From assembly GCA_963674865.2 (NCBI GenBank), contig CAXXYE010000009.1, forward strand, positions 192,001 to 256,000: 64,000 bases of DNA. The letters are read 5' to 3'. Made by a program: the position numbers and the translations under genes. Positions 10,393 to 19,749 of the stretch are shown one piece after another. Under the pieces are notes generated by a model. That model did no database searches. It saw only the letters and a program-made list of their open reading frames with translations, and was not told the DNA's origin. Positions within the stretch are counted from its first letter, which is position 1, and every line of letters starts with the position of its first letter. This stretch comes from Candidatus Hydrogenedentota bacterium (lineage in GTDB: Bacteria; Hydrogenedentota; Hydrogenedentia; Hydrogenedentales; SLHB01).

Positions 10393-10453
10393 GCAACTCA
10401 CGAAAGACACCGTTATCGCATTATTCGCAGACGAGATCCGGCGAAAGTCGCTT

Positions 10454-10489
10454 GCTTAATAAAGGAAAAGGCCTTATCCTTTATTAGGC
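10454..10489. repeat. 36-bp AT-rich near-perfect palindrome
   Basis: GCTTAATAAAGGAAAAGGCCTTATCCTTTATTAGGC, two mismatched pairs. Confidence 0.7.
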
Positions 10490-10584
10490 TTCGCCCTTAT
10501 TAAGAGAAGTTTACTTAGTACGTCGCTAGAAATCCTGACCTTCCCCTATTCCCGACAATATCTCAAGCACAAGGAGGAAGAGCT

Positions 10585-11544
10585 TTGACGCCTCGCGAAC
10601 GCTTCATCGCCGCATTGGAGCGCCGGCCTGTTGCGGGCCGCGTGCCGCACTTCGAGTTGGTATTCTATCTAACAATGGAGGCCTTCGGGAAAGTCCATCC
10701 CGGCCAGCGCGCCTACCACCAGTGGAAGCAGATGTCGGAGACGGAGCGCCAGCTTCACCGCAATGAGATCGCCGATACCTTCATCATGACGGCGCGCCGA
10801 TACGAGCATAACGCCATCTACTTGCACCCCAATCCCGGCGATGAAGAGGAGTCGCTGCGGATGGTGGATCTCGTGCGCGAGAAGACGGGCGATGAATTCT
10901 TCCTCATGCTCGGCGCCGACTCGACCTACTCGATCCCGAGCGGGTCGAAGATGGTGGAGCAGGCCACGTGGTTCTACGAGCACTTGGATGAGGCGAAGCA
11001 ACAAGCCCACGAGCGCGCCGCCCAATGTCTTGAGCGGACGGAGCGGATCGCCAAGCACGGCGGCGTGGACGGATTCGCCATGTGCGCCGACTACTGCTTC
11101 AACGACGGGCCATTCCTCCATCCGACGATGTTCGCCGAGGTCATCACGCCAAGCCTGACTGCGCTATGCGAGGGCTTCCGGGATCAAGGCTTCTACTCCA
11201 TCAAACACACCGACGGCAACATCATGCCCATCCTCGACCAGCTCATCTCTGCCAAACCGGACGCCCTCCATTCGCTCGATCCGCAGGGCGGCGTGGATAT
11301 CGCCGAGGTCAAGCGGTTGTACGGCGATCAGATATGCCTCATCGGCAACGTGAACTGCGGCCTCCTCCAGTCCGGCACGGAGGAAGAAGTGGTTGAGTCG
11401 GCCCGCTACTGCATCCGCCACGGCATGCCGGGAGGCGGCTACGTCTTCGCTACCAGCAACTGCGTCTACACCGGCCTACCGCTGGAGCGCTACGAGCTGA
11501 TGTGGCAAGTCTGGCACGACGAAGCCATCTACCCGGAGGAATAG
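10585..11544 (+). CDS. Uroporphyrinogen decarboxylase/MtaA-CmuA-like family protein
   Basis: MTPRER start, KHTDGN, CLIGNVN, GGGYVFATSN; RBS AAGGAGG. Confidence 0.75.
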   Translation: MTPRERFIAALERRPVAGRVPHFELVFYLTMEAFGKVHPGQRAYHQWKQMSETERQLHRNEIADTFIMTARRYEHNAIYLHPNPGDEEESLRMVDLVREKTGDEFFLMLGADSTYSIPSGSKMVEQATWFYEHLDEAKQQAHERAAQCLERTERIAKHGGVDGFAMCADYCFNDGPFLHPTMFAEVITPSLTALCEGFRDQGFYSIKHTDGNIMPILDQLISAKPDALHSLDPQGGVDIAEVKRLYGDQICLIGNVNCGLLQSGTEEEVVESARYCIRHGMPGGGYVFATSNCVYTGLPLERYELMWQVWHDEAIYPEE

Positions 11545-11554
11545 GCTGGGGGGC

Positions 11555-12979
11555 TCAGTAGGCTTGCGAGGCGAGGACGCGCCGCGCGGAGGGCTTCCCG
11601 CAGATGATGCACGCACCCTCCTCTTCCGGTGCGTCGAAGGGGATGCAGCGGATGGTTGAGCGCGTTTTCTCCTGAAGTTCCGTTTCGCAGGCATCCGCGC
11701 CGCACCAGTGGATGCGGAAGAACCCACCCTCCCCGACGTGCGCCTCGTAATCGGCGAATTCGTCGCAGGCCCGCGTGTTGGTATCGAGCCGATTCTTCGC
11801 GGCGGCGAAGAGATTGGCCTGGATATCTTCGAGCATAGCCTCGAGCTTTGACCGCAGGCCCTCCATGGGCATGGCCTGCTTCTCGCCGGTGTCGCGGCGC
11901 ACCACGACCACTTCATTATTCTGGCAATCTCGCGGCCCGATCTCGATGCGGATCGGCACGCCGCGCACTTCCCAGTGGGCGAACTTGTAGCCGGGCTTGT
12001 ACTGATCTCGATCGTCCACCGAGTAGAATAGCGGATCCCAATCCTGTGTCAGTTCGCGTGCGCGGCCGAGGACTAGGTCCCGCTCCTCATCGCTCCGCCA
12101 TATCGGCACGAACACAACCGGCAGCGGCGCCAGCTTCGGGGGAATCACCAGGCCGTTATCGTCGCTGTGGGACATGATCATGCCGCCGATGAGACGCGTC
12201 GAGACGCCCCAGCTCGAAGCGTACACGTACTGAAGTTCCTTGTTCTGATCCTGAAACTTCACGTCGAAGGCCTTCGCGAAATTCTGGCCCAGGTGGTGCG
12301 AGGTGCCGGACTGAAGGGCCTTGCCGTCCTGCATCATCGCCTCGATGCAGTACGTGTGCAAGGCGCCTGCGAACTTCTCCTGCTCCGTCTTCTTGCCGGC
12401 GATTACCGGCATAGCCAAGTATTCCTCGGCGAACCGCTTGTAGACCTGCACCATCTTGAACGTCTCTTCTTCAGCCTCCTCGAAGGTGGCATGGGCCGTG
12501 TGGCCCTCTTGCCAAAGAAACTCCGTCGTGCGCAGGAAAAGCCGTGTGCGCATTTCCCAGCGGCAGACGTTGGCCCACTGGTTGATGAGGATAGGAAGAT
12601 CCCGGTACGAGTTGATCCAATTCTTGTACGTGGACCAGATGATCGTTTCGGATGTGGGACGAACGACGAGCGGCTCCTCGAGCGCCTTCCCGCCCGCGTG
12701 GGTGACAACGGCGCACTCCGGCGCGAATCCCTCGACGTGCTCCGCTTCCTTCTTCAGGAAGCTCTCGGGGATGAACATGGGGAAATAGGCGTTGACGTGG
12801 CCTGTTTCCTTGAAGAGGCGATCCAGGTTGCGCTGGATATTCTCCCACACGCCGTATCCGTTCGGCTTGATGACCATACAGCCCTTGACAGGGGAGTAGT
12901 CCGCCATGTCGCCTTTCAACACAACGTCGATGTACCACTGGGCGTAGTCCCGATCGCGCTTGGTGATGCCTTTCGCCAT
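11555..12979 (-). CDS. proS: Proline-tRNA ligase (archaeal/eukaryote-like type)
   Basis: [36 protein letters not shown]-terminal Zn domain ending QAY. Confidence 0.95.
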   Translation of the reverse strand: MAKGITKRDRDYAQWYIDVVLKGDMADYSPVKGCMVIKPNGYGVWENIQRNLDRLFKETGHVNAYFPMFIPESFLKKEAEHVEGFAPECAVVTHAGGKALEEPLVVRPTSETIIWSTYKNWINSYRDLPILINQWANVCRWEMRTRLFLRTTEFLWQEGHTAHATFEEAEEETFKMVQVYKRFAEEYLAMPVIAGKKTEQEKFAGALHTYCIEAMMQDGKALQSGTSHHLGQNFAKAFDVKFQDQNKELQYVYASSWGVSTRLIGGMIMSHSDDNGLVIPPKLAPLPVVFVPIWRSDEERDLVLGRARELTQDWDPLFYSVDDRDQYKPGYKFAHWEVRGVPIRIEIGPRDCQNNEVVVVRRDTGEKQAMPMEGLRSKLEAMLEDIQANLFAAAKNRLDTNTRACDEFADYEAHVGEGGFFRIHWCGADACETELQEKTRSTIRCIPFDAPEEEGACIICGKPSARRVLASQAY

Positions 12980-13239
12980 GTCCCCTCCCAATCACGTTCC
13001 GCAATGCAAATGACAAGGCCAGAATCTTACCACACGCCCGCGCCGGGCATAAAGACACGCGACTTAATCAGGATCGCTTCTATGCACACTTCATGTATAG
13101 GTGTCTAAGTAGTGGAGACTATCCCCCTTGGAAGCCCCTTGCGAGGCCTTCGTACCACGATGTAATGAGGAGGGTCGTGCTCTCCGAAGGTATGGAAGAC
13201 CTGCGCCAGACGCCCCGCCGCTGCAGACGCGACCTGTTC

Positions 13240-13611
13240 CTAGACGGGGACGCCTGCGATGGCCGCCGCTACGGATGAATGGCTCTCTTGTTTGAAGTAC
13301 TTCCGGAGGTGCTCGCGCTCGTCATCGCGCAGGTCGTAAAACTTCACGCCGAACGCGTTGAGGCCGTCCTCCGTGCAGTTCGTCCAACATACACGGCCCT
13401 TGCACTCCACCGATTTGGGCTCCACCTGCATGTTGAGCAAGACATGATCGCCCGTCTTCACGCACCGCTGCGTATTGAACCGGGCTCCCCCGACGCCCAC
13501 ATCCACCGTAATCGTCCCGTAGAGCGCGTGATCATCACAGAAGGAGAGCCACGCACAAATAGATTCATGATGGCGGGCGTGCTGACGCTTTTCTTCAGCC
13601 GAAAAGTCCAT
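13240..13611 (-). CDS. Stand-alone PilZ-domain protein
   Basis: KRQHAR (RxxxR), DVGVGG, GRVCW, FGVKF. Confidence 0.75.
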   Translation of the reverse strand: MDFSAEEKRQHARHHESICAWLSFCDDHALYGTITVDVGVGGARFNTQRCVKTGDHVLLNMQVEPKSVECKGRVCWTNCTEDGLNAFGVKFYDLRDDEREHLRKYFKQESHSSVAAAIAGVPV

Positions 13612-13830
13612 GGCTCCAGTCCCAAGCACTGTACCCAAGGACACCCTTCCCCAGAGTGCACCAGCCCAGGCGCACCTATATTATACACTAAGAACAGGCG
13701 AAGTTGCTGGGGATTTCCCGTTTTTCACTAGTTCTTGCTCCTAGAGACTGCCTCGAAACAAGCCAAACCATTGGACGGAGACGGCTTGGGAGGGAACGTG
13801 CCCGTTCTGCAAGTGCACGACTGACTCCGC

Positions 13831-14859
13831 TTAGAACAGCCGATCCTGGTCGGGCCTGGAGAGCTCAAGCCCTAAGTGCTTGTACGCCAAAGGAGTAGCA
13901 ACCCTCCCTTGAGAAGTCCGCTTCAGAAAGCCCATCTGAATCAGATAGGGCTCGTGGACTTCCTCGAGCGTCTTGGCCTCTTCCCCGATGGCGACCGCCA
14001 GTGACGAAAGGCCCACCGGCCCGCCGCTGAACTTGGTGACAATCGTGTCCACGATGCCGCGATCCATATCGTCGAGGCCGAGCTCGTCGATACGCAAGAG
14101 CTGCAACGCCGCATCCGCGCTCCCGCGGGAGATCGTCCCGTCTCCCTTAACCTGCGCGTAATCGCGCACGCGCCGGAGCAGGCGATTCGCCACGCGGGCG
14201 GTTCCCCGCGAACGCCCGGCGATTTCGAGGGCGCCCTCCTGATCGACCGGTACATTAAGAATCCGCGCCGAGCGCATCACAATTGTCTCGAGCTCCTCCG
14301 GAGAATAGAACTCGAACCGGCAGGTATCCCCGAACCGGGCACGCAGGGGCGGCGTGAGCAGGCCCGCCCGCGTCGTGGCCCCGATCAGCGTGAAGGGTTT
14401 CAGGCCGATCTTCATGGAGCGCGCCGTCGGCCCCTTCCCGAGCATGATATCGACTTCGAAGTCCTCCATGGCGGCGTACATAGTTTCCTCGACGGCATGA
14501 TTCAGACGATGAATCTCATCGATGAAGAGGACGTCGAACTCTTCGAGGCCTGTGAGAATGGCCGAAAGATCGGCCTGGCGCTCGATCACGGGCCCGGAGG
14601 TCGCCTTGAAGTCCACGCCCATTTCATTGGCGAGGATACGGGCCAAGGTGGTCTTCCCGAGGCCGGGGGGGCCGCATAGCAGCAGGTGATCCAACGGCTC
14701 GTGCCGGCCGCGCGCCGCCTCGATGGCAATGCGCAACTTCTCCTTAATCGGCTCCTGGCCGGGAAAATCGTCCAGCCGCTGCGGCCGTAATTGATCGTCA
14801 TACTCGCGATCATCCCCAGTCGGCCCGGCGCTTATCACTTCTTTATCCGGCATCATCAC
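13831..14859 (-). CDS. ruvB: Holliday junction branch migration helicase
   Basis: [27 protein letters not shown]. Confidence 0.97.
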   Translation of the reverse strand: MMMPDKEVISAGPTGDDREYDDQLRPQRLDDFPGQEPIKEKLRIAIEAARGRHEPLDHLLLCGPPGLGKTTLARILANEMGVDFKATSGPVIERQADLSAILTGLEEFDVLFIDEIHRLNHAVEETMYAAMEDFEVDIMLGKGPTARSMKIGLKPFTLIGATTRAGLLTPPLRARFGDTCRFEFYSPEELETIVMRSARILNVPVDQEGALEIAGRSRGTARVANRLLRRVRDYAQVKGDGTISRGSADAALQLLRIDELGLDDMDRGIVDTIVTKFSGGPVGLSSLAVAIGEEAKTLEEVHEPYLIQMGFLKRTSQGRVATPLAYKHLGLELSRPDQDRLF

Positions 14860-15458
14860 ACCTTCGCCATCGAACGCAGCGCCCGGCGAACGACTTCTTC
14901 GTCGGGGGCGCCCTCACCAAGTTCTTTCCGGGCCGCGGCCGCGGCCTTCCGGGCCTCGTTCAGCGAGCAACCCAACGAACATAGCGCCGCAATGACGTCA
15001 TCCGTATCCGGCGTCTTTGCATCCTCCGGCTCGCCAAGAAGGACACTGAGCTCGGTGTCCTGGCCCAGCTTCGCCTTCATTTCCAGGATAATCCGCTGGC
15101 CCGTCTTCTTGCCTACGCCGCCTACCTTGGTGAACGCCGTAACGTCATTGTCCAGCACCGCCCGGGCGAAATCCGACGTCCCCATGGCCGACAGGATGGC
15201 CAGCGCCACCTTCGGCCCGATGCCGGAGATACTCAAGAGCGTCCGAAACAACGCCCGCTCCTCCTCGCGGAGAAATCCGTAAATCTGGAACGCGTCCTCA
15301 CGAATGTGGCAGTGCGTAAGGAGCGTCACCGTTTGCTCGGGAGCGACGCGGCGCTGTACCGACGCGGGCACCCACACCAGGTAGCCAACGCCGCCGACAT
15401 CCAACTCAATGTAGTCCACGGCCTTTTTCGCGACCGCACCTCGAAGAAAGGCAAACAT
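14856..15458 (-). CDS. ruvA: Holliday junction branch migration protein
   Basis: [27 protein letters not shown]; overlaps the ruvB start. Confidence 0.95.
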   Translation of the reverse strand: MFAFLRGAVAKKAVDYIELDVGGVGYLVWVPASVQRRVAPEQTVTLLTHCHIREDAFQIYGFLREEERALFRTLLSISGIGPKVALAILSAMGTSDFARAVLDNDVTAFTKVGGVGKKTGQRIILEMKAKLGQDTELSVLLGEPEDAKTPDTDDVIAALCSLGCSLNEARKAAAAARKELGEGAPDEEVVRRALRSMAKV

Positions 15459-15560
15459 CGTCTCAGGATTCCCCGCCGAAGAGGTCCATACCAAAAAGAA
15501 GCATGAGCAATACTCGTGGATTGACAACCGGGAATTCAAGCGCCGACAAGAGCAGAGCGC

Positions 15561-16526
15561 TCAGAAGAGTTCCTCCTGGCTTGCCCGCGCCGGTGAAGGC
15601 GCCGTTGCCCAGAGCTGTTCCAGAACTTCGCCTTCGAGCGATGTGCCATCCACTGTCACTGCACCGAGGCGGCCTAATTCTTCCGCGGGTGAAGAATGCG
15701 ACGTTGCGCCGTAGTACACGGCCACACGCTTCCCCTGATCGAGACCGGCGCGCGCCGTCCGTATGCTGCCGCCGCGTTTCTTCGGCTCAAAAACACACAC
15801 CATGCGCGACAGGCCGCTGATAGTGGCGTTACGCACGACGGCGGCGTGGGCCGCCCACGAGGCGTCAGGCAGGAACTCGCTCACCAAAACGCCTCTACCC
15901 GCTTCGACGGCCTTCCGGAGGAAACGGGGCGCGTGATAGGTGAACAGACCCTGAGGTAGCACGGCTACCGTCGGCCCATCCGCCCGCACGGCCGCCCGGT
16001 GCGCCGCCGTGTCAACGCCGTGGGCCGCGCCGCTCACAACGGTAACGCGCTGACGAGCGAAAGCCGTCGCACACGAGTCGGCCAACTTAGCGCCGCGTCT
16101 TGACACCAGCCGCGCTCCGACAATGGCCACGGCATCGCCGTGGAGCAATCCGGCATTCCCCTGTACGAACAAAAGCACGGGCGCGGAACTCCCGAGCGAG
16201 GTACGAAGCCTGTTCGGATAATCCTCGTCGTTCACGAAAAGCACTTGCAGCCCCTGTCTTTGGGCGTGACTCAGTATCAGCTCGGCCCGCTGCCGCAAAG
16301 CGTTTCCGCACCGCCCCACCTGCGACGCCAATCCAGCCGGAAGAGCAGCGGCCCGCTCCCGGGGCGACATCGCCAGGAGTGCATCCAGACTCCGCCCACT
16401 CGCCTTCGCTGCGGACAGCGCTCTATGAACGGACACGTAACCCAGCCCCGGAGTCATCAATAACGCGAGGGCGGGCACCGTGTCATTCTCGGCGGCTCTC
16501 AATCGGTTTGTGCTCTTTGGCCCCAT
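15561..16526 (-). CDS. dprA: DNA-processing protein DprA/Smf (lacks C-terminal domain)
   Basis: DYPNRL, AIVGAR, VSGAAHGVDTAAH, VSEF, RNATISGLS. Confidence 0.8.
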   Translation of the reverse strand: MGPKSTNRLRAAENDTVPALALLMTPGLGYVSVHRALSAAKASGRSLDALLAMSPRERAAALPAGLASQVGRCGNALRQRAELILSHAQRQGLQVLFVNDEDYPNRLRTSLGSSAPVLLFVQGNAGLLHGDAVAIVGARLVSRRGAKLADSCATAFARQRVTVVSGAAHGVDTAAHRAAVRADGPTVAVLPQGLFTYHAPRFLRKAVEAGRGVLVSEFLPDASWAAHAAVVRNATISGLSRMVCVFEPKKRGGSIRTARAGLDQGKRVAVYYGATSHSSPAEELGRLGAVTVDGTSLEGEVLEQLWATAPSPARASQEELF

Positions 16527-16585
16527 ACCGGCTGCATGATACCATGAGGCCGCACGTTGTCATGATCGACGCCACAAGATTCGGC

Positions 16586-17911
16586 ATGCGTTTGGGGACG
16601 TTTTTCTTGGCCACTTTTCCGAGCGAGTTTCTATGGGGGGCAAGTCTCTCCGCACACCAGGTGGAAGGCGGCAACTTCTTCAACGACTGGTGGCGCTGGG
16701 AGCAGCGGCCGGGGCGTGTTGAGAAAAGCGCCAGCGCCGAACGAGCGGCGGATCACTACGCGCGGTTCCAGGCGGACTTCGATCTCGCGCGCAAGTTGGG
16801 CCACAAGGCACATCTCTTCTCCGTCGAATGGAGCCGTGTTGAGCCGGAGCAGGGCCGGTTTGACGACAACGCCTTGGCCCACTATGCCGACGTTGTTGAC
16901 GCCCTCCGCGTGCGCGAAATCGAACCCGTCTGCGTTCTCCAGCACGTCACGCTTCCCACCTGGTGTGCCGATAACTACGGGTGGCGCCATGCCCATGCGC
17001 CTCGCTTCTTCGAGAGGTATGCACAACACGTCGTCGACGCGTTCCAGGGCAAGTGTCGCTGGTGGATACCGCTGCAAGAGCCGGTGCATACGCTCTTGAT
17101 GGGCCACGGGGAGCGCCTATGGCCCCCGGGCAAGGCGCGTCCGCTGGGACTCGTGCGCGCTCTCAGAAACATGATCCTCGCCCACGTCAACGCCTACCGC
17201 GTTATCCACAACTCCTGCCCCGGAGCGAGCGTCGGCCCGGCGATCTGCGCGCGCATCTGCCGGCCCCTTGAGGCCGAAAGCTCGTGGGATCTTCGGACGG
17301 CACGGCACGAGGAGTTCTGGTTCAACAACGTCTTCCTCGACGCCGTTAATGACGGCCGCTGGCCATTTCATCCACGGCATCTTCCCGAGGCGGCGGAAAC
17401 AGCCGACTTTGTGGGGCTGGCCTATTTCGGCAGGCAAACCCTCTGCTTCGACCCGACACGGCCAACGCGTCTGTTTGGACGGACCACCACATCTGATGGT
17501 ACTCCCGCGCCCGCCTGGCACTTTGACAACTATCCGCAAGGCATGGCGAAGCTCATCCACGGCGCACAACGCTATGGTAAACCCATCATCATCACGGCGA
17601 ACGGCCTGGCGACTAACGACGACGTGGAACGGTGCGCGTACCTTCTCGACCACATTGGTGTGCTTGCCCGTTGTATGGAGGATGGAGTCGATGTGCGTGG
17701 CTATTTCCACCGTGCCCTTTTGGACGGCTTCGAATGGAACCGCGGGTACTCCGCTCGGTATGGTTTGATTCACGTAGACTGGGACAGCCTCGTACGAACT
17801 CCCAACGGCAGCGCGTACCTGTACAAAGATGCCTGCGAATCATGCACCTTTCCGCCACGGACGGCGGAGCGTTACGTCCCAGACTGGCACGAAGACACGC
17901 TAGAGGAATAA
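16586..17911 (+). CDS. Glycoside hydrolase family 1 homologue lacking the nucleophile Glu (start ATG 16586 or TTG 16607)
   Basis: FLWGASLSAHQVEGG, FSVEWSR, QEP, IITANG in place of ITENG, DGFEW. Confidence 0.85.
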   Translation: MRLGTFFLATFPSEFLWGASLSAHQVEGGNFFNDWWRWEQRPGRVEKSASAERAADHYARFQADFDLARKLGHKAHLFSVEWSRVEPEQGRFDDNALAHYADVVDALRVREIEPVCVLQHVTLPTWCADNYGWRHAHAPRFFERYAQHVVDAFQGKCRWWIPLQEPVHTLLMGHGERLWPPGKARPLGLVRALRNMILAHVNAYRVIHNSCPGASVGPAICARICRPLEAESSWDLRTARHEEFWFNNVFLDAVNDGRWPFHPRHLPEAAETADFVGLAYFGRQTLCFDPTRPTRLFGRTTTSDGTPAPAWHFDNYPQGMAKLIHGAQRYGKPIIITANGLATNDDVERCAYLLDHIGVLARCMEDGVDVRGYFHRALLDGFEWNRGYSARYGLIHVDWDSLVRTPNGSAYLYKDACESCTFPPRTAERYVPDWHEDTLEE

Positions 17912-17913
17912 CC

Positions 17914-19749
17914 ATGGCCTATGTCCTCGCCATCGATTGCGGCGCCACGAAGACCCTCCTGGGCCTTTACCGCGACGACGGCACACTCTTAGCAGAACGC
18001 GTCGCCGGGCCGTCCAATCCTGTGACGTGCGGTTTTGACGCGTGCATCGCCACGCTCGCCGCCGAGGCGCGCGCTATGCTGCCCGGCCCTCAGGCGAATC
18101 TATCCGCCGTGGGCGCCGCCGTGGCGGGCACGGGCACGGACAGGTTGCGAGAAGCCGTGGCCGGCGCACTCTGCGAGGCCCTTTCCGCCGAGCGGGCCGT
18201 GGTAACGGACGATATGCGGGCGCTCCTCATTGCGAACGCCGGCCAGGGAGCTGCCCTGGTCGTTCTCGCAGGCACCGGCTCAGGCGTGTCGGCTCAGGAC
18301 GCGTCCGGCAACTACCTTCACATCGGCGGACGAGGCGTACATGTCGGCGACGAAGGAAGCTCATACCAACTTGGTATAGCGGCCCTTCGCGCTGCCGCCC
18401 ATGCCATCGATGGCACCGGCCCGGCGACGGCGCTTGTGGCTGCGCTGACGGCCGCCGCAGGCCAAAGCGATTTCTGCCACGTCCCTCTTTGGGCGGCGGG
18501 AGCCGGCAAGCAGGACATAGCGCAACTCGCACGGACCGTCACCTCCGCGGCAGAGAGGGGCGATGCCGTCGCCATGGCCTGCGTCCAGGATCAGGCTCGC
18601 CTGTTGGCGGAGCAGGCCCACGTTGCGTATACGCGGCTGCAATTGCCTCCAGATACGCCGATATATTTGTTCGGCGGCATGATCGAAGGCGCCCCGATCT
18701 ACCGGGACGCGTTCCGGCATGCCCTCGACGCGCTTGTGCCTGGGAATCGCCCTGCTCAACCTGAGCAGCTGGGCCATGCTGCTGCATTCGCCCTAACCCA
18801 ACTCGCGGAACTGCCCTCGGAGGTCGTCTCGCACCGAGCGCCCGAGCGCCGAAGCGTCGTTGTCCCGCCCACCGAGCGCCGCGCCGCGAAGGCACGACCT
18901 CTCGATGCGTTGACGCCGGGTGAGACGGTCGAGGCCATGAACCGCGCGGATAAACAGGCCGTCGCTGCCGTAGCCGCCCAGAAGGATGCGGTTGCGGCGG
19001 CTATAGCCGCTGCGGCAGCAGCCCTGAAATGCGGCGGACGGATCATCTACATCGGTGCGGGCACAAGTGGTCGCCTTGGCGTCCTCGATGCGTCGGAATG
19101 CCCGCCCACTTTCGGCGTGTCGCCCGATAGGGTCGTGGGGATTATTGCCGGCGGCGACCGCGCGTTGCGCCGGGCCGGTGAGGCAGCCGAGGATAGCGCA
19201 CCACAAGGCGCCGCCGACCTTCAGGCGGCTTGCCCGGACCTCGGCCCCAATGACTTCGTCTTGGGGATAGCGGCTTCGGGCACCACTCCGTACACCTTGG
19301 GGGCTCTCGCCGAGGCCCGCCGGGCGAACGCGACTACCGCCCTTCTCTGCTGCAATCCCGGCGCGCCGGCGGATGTAGACATTCCGATTCGCCTCGACAC
19401 AGGGCCGGAGGTCTTGACTGGTTCGACGCGCCTCAAGGCGGGCACCGCCACGAAGCTCGTGCTGAACGCAATTTCCACCGGCGCCATGGCCCAGGCAGGA
19501 TACGTCTTCGAAGGCCTGATGGTCGGCCTCAACGCTGCGAATGCGAAGTTGCGCGCACGCGCGGCGCGGATCGTCGCGGCCCTCACCGACAGCAATGAAG
19601 GCGACGCGGACGCCTTACTGACGCGGGCGGGAGGAAGCATACCTGCCGCAGTACTCATGGCCAGGCATTCGCTCTCGCCTGAGGAAGCACTCAGGCGCAT
19701 CGACGAGGCAGGAGGTTCTCTGCGAATTGCACTTCAAGATCCATCATAG
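17914..19749 (+). CDS. murQ: Fusion of a BadF/MurK-like amino-sugar kinase and MurNAc-6-P etherase MurQ
   Basis: N-half IDCGATKT, LAGTGS, GDEGS; C-half GAGTSGRLGVLDASECPPTFG and GPEVLTGSTRLKAGTA in one frame. Confidence 0.88.
   Translation: MAYVLAIDCGATKTLLGLYRDDGTLLAERVAGPSNPVTCGFDACIATLAAEARAMLPGPQANLSAVGAAVAGTGTDRLREAVAGALCEALSAERAVVTDDMRALLIANAGQGAALVVLAGTGSGVSAQDASGNYLHIGGRGVHVGDEGSSYQLGIAALRAAAHAIDGTGPATALVAALTAAAGQSDFCHVPLWAAGAGKQDIAQLARTVTSAAERGDAVAMACVQDQARLLAEQAHVAYTRLQLPPDTPIYLFGGMIEGAPIYRDAFRHALDALVPGNRPAQPEQLGHAAAFALTQLAELPSEVVSHRAPERRSVVVPPTERRAAKARPLDALTPGETVEAMNRADKQAVAAVAAQKDAVAAAIAAAAAALKCGGRIIYIGAGTSGRLGVLDASECPPTFGVSPDRVVGIIAGGDRALRRAGEAAEDSAPQGAADLQAACPDLGPNDFVLGIAASGTTPYTLGALAEARRANATTALLCCNPGAPADVDIPIRLDTGPEVLTGSTRLKAGTATKLVLNAISTGAMAQAGYVFEGLMVGLNAANAKLRARAARIVAALTDSNEGDADALLTRAGGSIPAAVLMARHSLSPEEALRRIDEAGGSLRIALQDPS

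Noticed and set aside
10454..10489. dif or protelomerase site
   Set aside because: No match to the XerC/XerD arms, the locus is origin-proximal, and no telomere resolvase gene is nearby
16100..16585. N-terminal ~160 aa of the 603-aa GH1 ORF
   Set aside because: Overlaps dprA on the opposite strand and is Arg/Pro-rich shadow sequence; GH1 homology starts at FPSEFLWG
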